The notes under the pieces were generated by a model. That model worked only from the letters and a program-made list of their open reading frames with translations. It was not told the DNA's origin and made no database searches. Of a stretch of DNA of 64,000 nt, positions 47,601 to 54,975 are shown piece after piece (position 1 is the stretch's first letter; each line of letters opens with the position of its first letter). Source of the stretch: an uncultured bacterium. GTDB lineage: Bacteria; Fidelibacterota; UBA2242; JAFGTP01. A program made the position numbers and the translations under genes. Location: positions 17,360 to 81,359 of the forward strand of contig CAZCHS010000003.1 of the NCBI GenBank assembly GCA_964498725.1. Reading direction: 5' to 3'.

Positions 47601-48328
47601 AAACCATGTCCATTTCCCTGCGCAATAATTTTCAGGCCAAAACGGAAAAAGACGGGGAAGAAAATAAATTTGACCTTTTCACCATGAATGTGAATATGAA
47701 CCACAATTTTGCCGCTGACAGTATGAACTGGTCAGAGATCAGGACTTCCATCCGGACAAAATTAAAGAATCTGAACTTGGATTTTAGTATGATCCATGAT
47801 CCTTATCGGTATGACACGGACCGGCGCAGGCGAATTAACGAATGGCATGATGAAATTTATTCCGTTCCCATTCCGCGCCTGACAACATTGCGGGCTTCCA
47901 CCGGTATTTCAATAAAAAGCACTGATTTTGGAGGTAGCGCCGCACCGGATGATTCCACCGCGCAGACAGGGGGAACTACCACAAAAGCCAGTAATCTCTG
48001 GTCTGCTAACATGAATTTTAATTATGATATGTCCAAAACCAATCCTGACAATAAATCGGAACGGTTTAATATGCGAATAAGCGCAAAACTGAATCTCACC
48101 AAGAACTGGAAAATCAGCTACAGCGCCAGTGTGGACCTGATGGAACGGATACTTTATGGCCAGCAATTTTCAGTAGAGCGTGACCTGCATTGCTGGCGTA
48201 TGTCTTTCAACTGGACACCCAGCGGATATGGTAAACAGTATTCCCTCCTGATCAGTGTCAAAGCGCCGGTTCTCAGTGATCTGAAGTACGAAGAGCGTGG
48301 TGGCCGCTGCCGAAGCGCTTATTTTTAA
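44696..48328 (+). CDS. LptD-like outer-membrane protein with an extended multi-repeat OstA/LptA-like N-terminal region
   Basis: 1210 aa with a TTG start. The N-terminal ~450 aa contain several OstA-like beta-jellyroll-type repeats (for example GNVLFRKGDVNLACQKAYWYD, LTADSLTYYYDEDRIVAMGKPEV, IVAYGDSANYNDSTETIILTGNPKV). The remainder is beta-rich and ends ...SAYF with a C-terminal Phe. Confidence 0.55.
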   Translation: MRNFIKLIVIIIFSYLAVMADDKLRLIRADLMEQQQAPRGLVKIVSGNVLFRKGDVNLACQKAYWYDYKNQIDFYIDVVVTNEDRKLTADSLTYYYDEDRIVAMGKPEVVDSQRTIRAKKLEYFTETDIVHGFEQVEYSTADSRLLSEKLTFYADSSKTIASNNCKFIDLKENNILQSDSILYYNEKDEMRAFINPVLIKRDSLGNEEYRIEGDIISGDKNEASFLSIGNVRIFQDDIVAYGDSANYNDSTETIILTGNPKVLNEDQTLKGEIIEARLSDGEINNIHIIGRAIATSTGTAFLPFAKDDTLQTVRDSVKIRDEMTGKEMEIYFEKGNIDSLQVSGMATSFYNVTEDSVIQGTNSASGDTVVMQFDNQSLNEITVIGGTQGKFVPHESNRSMDTTVVYAAERIDYYIQDRQTDLLKNSAVTYEDAELTAGKITVMWNENLLYAFPDDTTISDTLDSSWPKMIQQGREPFIGKEMIYNIKTRRGRIYDGRTHMDDGYYYGENIRKKGKKTFYINDGVYTTCDKVEPHFHFQSQKMKMIQKDKILARPIVMYIHDIPLLALPFAVIPNKGGKRRSGWIMPTYGNNSNVGNYLRGLGYFWVVNDYTDLKITTDFFDEKGIRMNVKNRYKVRYKIDGNIFVSYHDMMLQDYPERIWRLKINHNHNISPTSSFRANGEFVNQDQYMKKNAIDLENRLNQQLISNATYTKKWRNRPYSLSGNLRQTINLQATEKIKTEPNRANMKQAYVNRTFPSMSLRRSTERLVPLRKGQSASEAKWYNEIRYSISSQLRNKQDIYYQSVAENDSVFKWQEKNEVKNGVENNISINSSQKIFSYFSVNQNISLQEDWIFEMDKPVYDEAGNVVVEDGKVQTITRTGFFPRHTGNMSIGINTKVYGLFPVKIGALRAVRHVLTPSVNMSYRPDFTKDLFGWDPGYVTHYQDENEKELKYDPFQNTLIGSTPSSESKTMSISLRNNFQAKTEKDGEENKFDLFTMNVNMNHNFAADSMNWSEIRTSIRTKLKNLNLDFSMIHDPYRYDTDRRRRINEWHDEIYSVPIPRLTTLRASTGISIKSTDFGGSAAPDDSTAQTGGTTTKASNLWSANMNFNYDMSKTNPDNKSERFNMRISAKLNLTKNWKISYSASVDLMERILYGQQFSVERDLHCWRMSFNWTPSGYGKQYSLLISVKAPVLSDLKYEERGGRCRSAYF

Positions 48329-48518
48329 CCTGAATTATTCATGAATTTTCAAAATCTTTCAAGCAAAACAAATAAAATTAACAGTTTACAAAATACATAT
48401 TAAAAACTAATTTGGAAAATTCATAGAATGATATTCAGGTTAATCCCGATAGTTTCTACAGGAAACGTATCGGCGCAAAGCGGGCATTGTTCATATTTTT
48501 ATGAATAATGCAGGTTAA
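48325..48518 (+). mobile_element. MITE-like element, copy B
   Basis: TTAACCTGAATTATTCAT ... ATGAATAATGCAGGTTAA. Its left TTAA contains the TAA stop codon (48326-48328) of the LptD-like gene. There is no ORF. Confidence 0.7.
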
Positions 48519-49120
48519 AAATTTCCTTTAGGGTGCCTCTAAAAATTGATTTTAAACGATCAAGGATGATCGTTCAACATTTGTAGGGCGAACATCCCTG
48601 TTCGCTCAAAATTTTTTAGAGATTCCTTTTAGTATAACAGTTTCTTTGATGTATATATTTGGGAAGGATGCTTCATCAGCCTTTAACAGGATCGCGGAAT
48701 AGTATTACGGAAATTTGTAGGGTGCCAATCTGCTGTCAGGGAACAATTTCATCTTCACATAGAATAAAGTAGTGATTGGATTTTTTTTAAATCTTGAATT
48801 TATAAATATTGATTTTTTGGAAGGATTGTTTAATTTTTTTAACTACCATTGGAATTGAATGGCTTTTTTGAAAAATATTGTTGCTTAATTATCTTTTTAT
48901 CAGTTGATTACGGATTTTCTTGAAATCCTGTTAAAAAGTTAAAAAAAGAATTGCAATTAAAATTTAAAACCAATATAGTTGGACTACTTTCAAATTAAGT
49001 AGTTGATCTTTGAAAATTTTTGAAGTGTTGATGGCAGTATTCAGTATATAGGGGTGACAATATTACTAACAATCTGATTTTATGGAAGTTGTCAGATTTA
49101 AAAATAATTGTAGAAAAACC

Positions 49121-49149
49121 TTGACACTCTATTTACTGAATCATATATT
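49121..49149 (+). promoter_or_regulatory. Near-consensus sigma70-type promoter for 49175-49993
   Basis: TTGACA (49121-49126), exactly 17-nt spacer, TATATT (49144-49149). It lies 26 nt upstream of ATG 49175, which has the RBS AAAGGAG. Confidence 0.5.
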
Positions 49150-49174
49150 AGCGCCGCAAAATAAAGGAGTTTAA

Positions 49175-49621
49175 ATGGACGATTTAGTATGCCCGGCATG
49201 TGGATTTGAATTAAGTGAAGAGAGTCTTAGAGAATCTTTGGTTTGTCCTCATTGTAAGACAAAATTCAGAAACCGTAAATATGCCGATTTTTTAGAACTT
49301 CTTGTTTATTATGATATTGTGGAAGATGTGGACTTCATGGATCTGAATGTTTATGGCGATGAAATGATGGTCATGAACGAAGATGACAGTGAAGAATTAG
49401 ATTTGACACCCGATGAATTCGATGCAAAAAATGAAATCTGGAACGAGTTTGAAGATGACACCGAACTCAATGAAGGATTAGACGAAGATACCATCGAACA
49501 GGAATCCTGGAATATCTTTGAGGATGAAGTCGCTATCGAAGATGATGAAGTACCCGGCGATGCAAATTCTTCCGAAGATGATGATAATCAAGAAGAAAAA
49601 GCCAGCAAAAATGCTGATTAA
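49175..49621 (+). CDS. Zinc-ribbon protein with a polyacidic C-terminal tail; function unknown
   Basis: 148 aa, with CPACG...CPHCKTKF at the N-terminus. The remaining ~100 aa are dominated by D/E and carry two copies of E-x-W-N-x-F-E-D-[DE]. Confidence 0.7.
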   Translation: MDDLVCPACGFELSEESLRESLVCPHCKTKFRNRKYADFLELLVYYDIVEDVDFMDLNVYGDEMMVMNEDDSEELDLTPDEFDAKNEIWNEFEDDTELNEGLDEDTIEQESWNIFEDEVAIEDDEVPGDANSSEDDDNQEEKASKNAD

Positions 49622-49666
49622 TAATTGATAAACAAAAAAATAGTATAATTTTGGAATGGATTTATT

Positions 49667-49993
49667 ATGGAAGAAAATAAAGATAAAAAGAGACAGCTGC
49701 AGATAGAAATTCCTGAAGAGCAATCCGACGGAACCTATAGCAATTTCACGATTGTTTCCCATTCGGGTGCGGAATTTATTATGGATTTTGCCCGGATCAC
49801 ACCGGGACGCCCGAAAGCAAAAGTGAAAAGCCGTGTGATCATGACACCGATCCACGCAAAAAACTTTGTAAAAACCCTTCAGGAAAATATTCAAAAATTT
49901 GAAGCGAATTATGGGAAAATTCCTGAGAGTGGAAAAATGACAACCGGCTTTCCCGGCCAACCCATGATCAAAAAAGATAAATTGCCCAATTAA
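49667..49993 (+). CDS. DUF3467-like protein
   Basis: 108 aa. GTYSNFTIVSHSGAEFIMDFARITPGRPKAKVKSRVIMTPIHAKNFVKTLQENIQKFEANYGKI fits my recollection of the DUF3467 pattern (Y-[SA]-N-x-x-x-[IV]-x-H-[ST]-x-x-E-F-x-[LM]-DF...P). Confidence 0.6.
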   Translation: MEENKDKKRQLQIEIPEEQSDGTYSNFTIVSHSGAEFIMDFARITPGRPKAKVKSRVIMTPIHAKNFVKTLQENIQKFEANYGKIPESGKMTTGFPGQPMIKKDKLPN

Positions 49994-49996
49994 TAG

Positions 49997-50022
49997 AAAA
50001 AGCCTCAGTAATGAGGCTTTTT
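49997..50022. terminator. Bidirectional terminator between convergent genes
   Basis: AGCCTCA-GTAA-TGAGGCT is flanked by A4 upstream and T4 downstream. It sits between the stops at 49993 (+) and 50021 (-). Confidence 0.75.
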
Positions 50023-51097
50023 ATTTATCATTCCGCCTGGTTTTAAGTTCTGAAATTACCCGTTTCTGCATTTTTCCGAATTCTTTGTCTTTCCGGCGTT
50101 TTTCCAGATAAGTCATTTTATTAAAGCGGCTTTCTTTGGTTAATTTGATATAATTATTGTAATGATCTTCGCTGATCTCTCCTTCATCCAGAGCTTTCAA
50201 AACAGCACATTTGGGTTCCTGGGTGTGACTGCAGTTTTTAAACTTACAGTACTGACTTAATTCTTCAATTTGATTAAAGGTTTTTCTGATACCTTCGGTC
50301 AGCTCAATATTCCCCAACTCCCGCATTCCCGGTGTATCCACCAGCATCCCGCCATCGGGAAGGACCACCAAGTTGCGATTAGTGGTGGTATGGCGGCCTT
50401 TCTGATCTTTTTCGCGAATTTCTCCGACAGCAAATAATTCTTCCCCCACCAGGTTATTGAGCAATGTGGTTTTGCCTACGCCCGAACTTCCCAGCAGGCA
50501 ATAGGTTTGTCCTTTTTCCAAATGGTCACGAATCCGGTCAATGCTTTTTTCTTCCTCATTAGTGAATGTTAGTATTTTAGCCTCTATTCCCTGGGTGCGG
50601 ATTTTGTCGATCTTCTCCTGTAATTCCTTTGTTGTAAGGAGGTCGGATTTGCTCAACAGAATGGCGGAATCAATATTGCTTTCGTGGATCATAGTCAGGT
50701 AGCGTTCCATGCGATTGATATTAAAATTATTGTCCAGGGACTGCATCACAAAAGCAGTATTGATATTGCTGGCGATCATCTGGTATTCCACACGGCGGCC
50801 GGCGGTTTTACGCTTCAATTCCGTTTTGCGGGGCAGAATGTCTGTGATAATCGCCGGTGAATTTTCCTCAAATTGTTGGATTTTTACCCAATCTCCCACA
50901 GCCGGCAAATCCATTTTCGATTTGGCATTGTAGCGAATGCGGCCGGTAATTTCCGCAATGATCTCTGCTTCTCCCGTGTGGATCGTATAATTATCTTTAT
51001 TTACGGTAATCACCCGTGCAATTTTGATATCCCTTTCGAGTGGTTCTTCCAGTGCTGATAAATACCAATCAGTTAATCCCAGTTCCCTTAATTCCAT
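50021..51097 (-). CDS. rsgA: Ribosome small-subunit-dependent GTPase A
   Basis: 358 aa with circularly permuted GTPase motifs (LLSKSDL, GSSGVGKTTLLN, DTPGMRE) and the C-terminal zinc cluster CKFKNCSHTQEPKC. Confidence 0.92.
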   Translation of the reverse strand: MELRELGLTDWYLSALEEPLERDIKIARVITVNKDNYTIHTGEAEIIAEITGRIRYNAKSKMDLPAVGDWVKIQQFEENSPAIITDILPRKTELKRKTAGRRVEYQMIASNINTAFVMQSLDNNFNINRMERYLTMIHESNIDSAILLSKSDLLTTKELQEKIDKIRTQGIEAKILTFTNEEEKSIDRIRDHLEKGQTYCLLGSSGVGKTTLLNNLVGEELFAVGEIREKDQKGRHTTTNRNLVVLPDGGMLVDTPGMRELGNIELTEGIRKTFNQIEELSQYCKFKNCSHTQEPKCAVLKALDEGEISEDHYNNYIKLTKESRFNKMTYLEKRRKDKEFGKMQKRVISELKTRRNDK

Positions 51098-51105
51098 AAT
51101 TATTC

Positions 51106-51828
51106 CTACAAGTTAATGGTTAAATTTATTGATATTTGATAGTTATGAATTTCCGGAATGATATTCCATTTTTTTTGATAATTAATAACAAATCCCCGGG
51201 CAATGATCGTTCCCACCAATCCACCGGCGATTACATCGGAAAGATAGTGTTTGTCATCATGGATCCGGCTGGAGGCCACGAAAAATGCCATAGCATAGGC
51301 GGGAAGGCCAATATTTTTCCCGTAAATACCATTTAAAGTGGTTGCCAGTCCAAAGGCGCCGGCGGAATGTCCCGAAGGAAAGGAGCGCAAATTTGCGCCA
51401 TTGGGACGCTCTCTGCGAAATGTGGATTTGAGAATGTCAACCACCATTTGTCCGGCAATAAGGCCTTCAGCCACCAGGCGAATTTCAGCCAGGCTTTGGT
51501 GTAATTCTTTTTGAGAGATCAGGTCATATAACGCCATTACTCCAACAGTGGCGTAATATCCCTTTCTGTGACCGAATTCGTCGCCAATATTGGAAATTTC
51601 ATCACTGTAAAATCCATGGTCACGGGCGAAGTCCTGTACCGGCTGGTCCAGAAAAAAACTGGCGGGCAAAGCCAGGGCGGCAACCCAAAGCAAATCCCGG
51701 TGATTTTTATAGTTCAGGCAATTTGAAAATGAATTCTGATAATGAAGGCGTTGCTTATTTAAAAATTCACCGGCAAAGGCACTGGTGAGGAAGCAACAAA
51801 TCAGTGTAAATCCAATGAATCTTTTCAT
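51106..51828 (-). CDS. PAP2-family phosphatase
   Basis: 240 aa with a signal or TM segment. The three PAP2 motifs are KSTFRRERP, PSGHS and SRIHDDKHYLSD. Confidence 0.85.
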   Translation of the reverse strand: MKRFIGFTLICCFLTSAFAGEFLNKQRLHYQNSFSNCLNYKNHRDLLWVAALALPASFFLDQPVQDFARDHGFYSDEISNIGDEFGHRKGYYATVGVMALYDLISQKELHQSLAEIRLVAEGLIAGQMVVDILKSTFRRERPNGANLRSFPSGHSAGAFGLATTLNGIYGKNIGLPAYAMAFFVASSRIHDDKHYLSDVIAGGLVGTIIARGFVINYQKKWNIIPEIHNYQISINLTINL

Positions 51829-52376
51829 TCGTCCAAGGCAAAGTGTTTTTCTGAGTTTTGATCGGTGGTTATATAGTTATTTTTTCCCAGGTACATGGTA
51901 GGCCGCGCTTTGTCTGTATAAATGATGCCGTCTTTATCAAAGACCTTTTCATCACCATGACAGTCCAGGATCTCACCGATAAAAAATGTATGGTCACCGG
52001 TTGGGACATTTTGGCTGATTCGGCAATCCAAAACACCGTAGGCTTCCCTAATATGCGGGGTGGAAACTTTTTCACCGGTGCTTAATTTTAAGTTTATCAG
52101 GTCAATTTTGTTGTAGATTCGCCCGGTCAGTTTGCCCAGGCTGTGAATTTTTAAAATATGATCAACAGAGAGAAAGGAGATTGTAAATTCTCCGGAATTT
52201 TCAATTAATTCATGAGTGTAGGTGTTGTTGCCGATTGCAACGCCGTATAAGGGCGGGTTGATTGAAACGTAAGTATGCCAGGCGGCGGTCATGAAATTTA
52301 TCTTATCACCATGTTTGGCGCCAATAATACATACTAAGCGGGGGTGTGCAACGTACTTCTTTTCAATAATTCCCAT
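51825..52376 (-). CDS. Flavin-reductase-like domain protein
   Basis: 183 aa. The pattern ...FMTAAWHTYVSINPPLYGVAI... is typical of the flavin reductase-like FMN-binding fold. It has a 4-nt overlap with the downstream PAP2 gene. Confidence 0.65.
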   Translation of the reverse strand: MGIIEKKYVAHPRLVCIIGAKHGDKINFMTAAWHTYVSINPPLYGVAIGNNTYTHELIENSGEFTISFLSVDHILKIHSLGKLTGRIYNKIDLINLKLSTGEKVSTPHIREAYGVLDCRISQNVPTGDHTFFIGEILDCHGDEKVFDKDGIIYTDKARPTMYLGKNNYITTDQNSEKHFALDE

Positions 52377-52534
52377 AATTCGAACTGTTTTTGTTTATCA
52401 TTAGCTGATATATTACAAAAAAATCAACGGTTTAAAAATAGATTTATTGAAATATTTTGGTAGGTGTGGTTAATTATTTTTAACGTGAATTTGTCCCTGC
52501 TGATGCTTATTTTATGGGCTTGAAAGGAGAAAAC

Positions 52535-53125
52535 ATGATAAAAATTGATAAAGATATAAAAGGACTTATTTTTGATTGCGATGGAACACTGGTGGATTCA
52601 ATGCCGAGACACTGGGAAGCCTGGCATGAGACTTTTGCTGAATATGGCCTCTCTTGTTCCACCGCTTACCTGGAAAGACACGCCGGTGTACCGATCAAAG
52701 AAACACTAAAAGAATATTTAAAAGACCACAAGGTAGAGAAAACAATTGATCTCGATGAATTCGTTACCAGAAAACATGCCAAAAGCCTGAAAAAACTGGA
52801 AGAAGTGCAACCGGTGCCGGAAGTGCTGGAAGTGGTCAAAAAATATCATGACAAATTGAAAATGTCAGTGGCATCCGGCGGCGCAAGGAAGAATGTGATG
52901 ACCTCCCTGAAGGCCATTGACGCTGATAAATATTTTGATATTGTGATCACTGCCGATGATCCCATCCCCGGCAAGCCCAATCCTGATATTTTTCTCTATG
53001 CCGCTTACAAAATGGGCGTGAAACCAAAACACTGTCTCGTTTTTGAAGACGGGTCCATGGGAATTGCTGCTGCGCAACGGGCAGGTATGAAATATTTTGA
53101 TGTCCGGACTTTGGATAATACATAG
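52535..53125 (+). CDS. HAD-superfamily hydrolase (beta-phosphoglucomutase-like subfamily)
   Basis: I prefer ATG 52535, preceded by AAAGGAG. Motif I is FDCDGTLVDS. Also present are SGG, GKPNPDIF and FEDGSMGIAAAQRAGM. Confidence 0.85.
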   Translation: MIKIDKDIKGLIFDCDGTLVDSMPRHWEAWHETFAEYGLSCSTAYLERHAGVPIKETLKEYLKDHKVEKTIDLDEFVTRKHAKSLKKLEEVQPVPEVLEVVKKYHDKLKMSVASGGARKNVMTSLKAIDADKYFDIVITADDPIPGKPNPDIFLYAAYKMGVKPKHCLVFEDGSMGIAAAQRAGMKYFDVRTLDNT

Positions 53126-53147
53126 TATTTTTGGTATAAAGGGGATT

Positions 53148-53180
53148 GTACACGGATTTTTTCATGAAAACACGGATAAT
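53148..53180 (+). repeat. Interspersed repeat family D, copy 1
   Basis: GTACACGGATTTTTTCATGAAAACACGGATAAT matches the reverse complement of 58127-58159 (GTACACGGATTTTTGCAGGAAAAACACGGATAA). Confidence 0.7.
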
Positions 53181-53211
53181 TTCACTACATTGAAAATATA
53201 TGCTTCTGCTC

Positions 53212-53401
53212 GCTATTGATTCTAAATGAATTTTAGCGGTAGATCAAAATCAATAAACTTCTTCTTTATGATAAAAAAAATAAGCAAAAAAATACAATAG
53301 TGTATTTGATAGTTTCCGATAGAATATCCAGCCTCTGGCGGAAGGAAACGTATCGGCGCGAAGCGGGCATTGGTCATATTTTTATGGATAATGCAGGTTA
53401 A
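53212..53401 (+). mobile_element. MITE-like element, degenerate copy D
   Basis: The right end, GGAAACGTATCGGCGCGAAGCGGGCATTGgTCATATTTTTATGgATAATGCAGGTTAA (53344-53401), matches copies A and B closely. The left ~130 nt keep only patches (AAATGAATTTT, GATAGTTTC), but the overall length is again ~190 nt. Confidence 0.5.
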
Positions 53402-53629
53402 ATCCCGAAGGGATGAGACAATAATAACCATGGGTGCCAGCCCATGGACACAAAGTCCAATTAAAAAAGAACTCTGAAGGAGTTCTATAAAAATTTAGAA
53501 TTGTCATGAAAATATTTTAGCCCGACACATCCCGGTTTTTGTAATTAATGATCATACCGACAATAATGATCGGCCCGGTAAAGCCCGCGCTTAAACCGGT
53601 ACCAACCGTCACACAATTGGCGATGATCT

Positions 53630-54076
53630 TTAAAGATTTACATTAAGTTTTTTTTCTTCAAATACCAGCATGGTTTCGGTCTTATCAATCAGTTGAATTG
53701 AGGTGATCTTTTCAATGAGGAAGCGTTGCAAGTCTTTATTGGTCTTGACATGAACCTTGAGCATGTAATCATACTGACCGGCAATGTGGTAGTATTCCAC
53801 TAATTCCTCGATTTTTTCCAGGTCCTGCAAAAAGGAGATGATATTGTCTTTGTTGTGGCGCTTCAGGGAAACCTGAATAAAGGCAATGGTATTGTAGCCT
53901 AATTTTTCCATGTCAATGTTGGCGCTGTATCCTTTGATAATGCCTTTGGCTTCCAGTTTATTGACCCGTTCCAGGGTTGATGAGGGATTGAGTCCGATTT
54001 CTTCGGATAATTTTTTATTGGTAATGCGCCCCCGGTTGTGTAAGATGTTCAAAATTTTTATATCTGTTTTGTCCAT
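53630..54076 (-). CDS. Lrp/AsnC-family transcriptional regulator
   Basis: 148 aa. The N-terminal HTH is DIKILNILHNRGRITNKKLSEEIGLNPSSTLERVNKLEAKGIIKGY, followed by an AsnC-type ligand-binding domain. Confidence 0.9.
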   Translation of the reverse strand: MDKTDIKILNILHNRGRITNKKLSEEIGLNPSSTLERVNKLEAKGIIKGYSANIDMEKLGYNTIAFIQVSLKRHNKDNIISFLQDLEKIEELVEYYHIAGQYDYMLKVHVKTNKDLQRFLIEKITSIQLIDKTETMLVFEEKKLNVNL

Positions 54077-54162
54077 TTTATTGATCCTTACCCTAATATA
54101 ATACGGTTGTCGCCGTTAAATATAAGATTTTATTTGGAAATTAAATAATTTTTATCACCGGG

Positions 54163-54223
54163 TTTTCGAAGTCTTGATCCCAAAAACCTTGAGAATGATC
54201 CAAAGACCTTCGCAATGGTTGTT
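54163..54223 (-). repeat. Interspersed repeat family B, copy 3 (reverse orientation, diverged)
   Basis: The reverse complement reads AACAACCATTGCGAAGGTCTTTGGATCATTCTCAAGGTTTTTGGGATCAAGACTTCGAAAACCC. Confidence 0.65.
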
Positions 54224-54281
54224 ATTCTGGTTTTGATGCATGTCGATTTATATCATCTGCGGAGAGTTGTATTCTTCTTAT

Positions 54282-54320
54282 GAACACCATTTCAAAGGTC
54301 TGATGACCATTTGAAAGGAG
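54282..54320 (+). repeat. Interspersed repeat family C, copy 3
   Basis: GAACACCATTTCAAAGGTCTGATGACCATTTGAAAGGAG has one mismatch to 15095-15133. Confidence 0.8.
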
Positions 54321-54381
54321 TAGCCTTTTTGACATTCCGTCTAATTTTCTATAGTATAATAAGAGCAAATACAATTAAAAG

Positions 54382-54975
54382 ATGGACAATAAAATGTCAG
54401 ACAAATCATATAACATCGACGAATACGACAAGAAACGCAATTTCAAAACTACCAGCGAACCCAAAGCTGAAAAGAAAAAATCCAAGTCCCAAAACCGCTT
54501 CTCATTCCAGAAACATGATGCCAGTTCCCTGCATTATGACTTTCGGCTGGAATATGATGGCGTCTTAAAATCCTGGGCTATTCCCAAAGGCCCCTCGATT
54601 GACAAACGCACCAAGCGCCTGGCTCTTCGTACTGAAGATCATCCGCTGGATTATATTGATTTTGAAGGCGTCATTCCGGAAGGGAATTACGGCGCTGGAA
54701 AAGTCTTGCTCTGGGACAAAGGCACTTATGAAAATATCACACAAAAGGATGGCAATATTCAAGACCTTGGTAAAGCCATTGATAAGGGCCATTTTCTGGT
54801 CAAATTAGCTGGTGAAAAGATCAGCGGTGGCTATGCCATGACCCGTATTAATGATGACAAAGGGCAATGGCTGCTGGTAAAAATGGATGATGAAGAAGCC
54901 GACGGCCGGCGAAATCCCACCAGCACGGAACCCAAATCCGTGAAGTCCGGCAAAACCCTGGAGGAAATCCAATGA
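54382..54975 (+). CDS. Stand-alone LigD 3'-phosphoesterase (PE) domain protein
   Basis: 197 aa, with FSFQKHDASSLHYDFRLEYDGVLKSWAIPKGPS, the LigD-PE signature. Its stop overlaps the next start (ATGA). Confidence 0.85.
   Translation: MDNKMSDKSYNIDEYDKKRNFKTTSEPKAEKKKSKSQNRFSFQKHDASSLHYDFRLEYDGVLKSWAIPKGPSIDKRTKRLALRTEDHPLDYIDFEGVIPEGNYGAGKVLLWDKGTYENITQKDGNIQDLGKAIDKGHFLVKLAGEKISGGYAMTRINDDKGQWLLVKMDDEEADGRRNPTSTEPKSVKSGKTLEEIQ

Noticed and set aside
53222-53431. A 69-aa minus-strand ORF.
   Set aside because: It lies across the degenerate MITE copy D and is composed of repeat sequence.
54311-54568. An 85-aa plus-strand ORF overlapping the LigD-PE gene start.
   Set aside because: It starts inside repeat C with a TTG start and is out of frame with the motif-bearing PE ORF.
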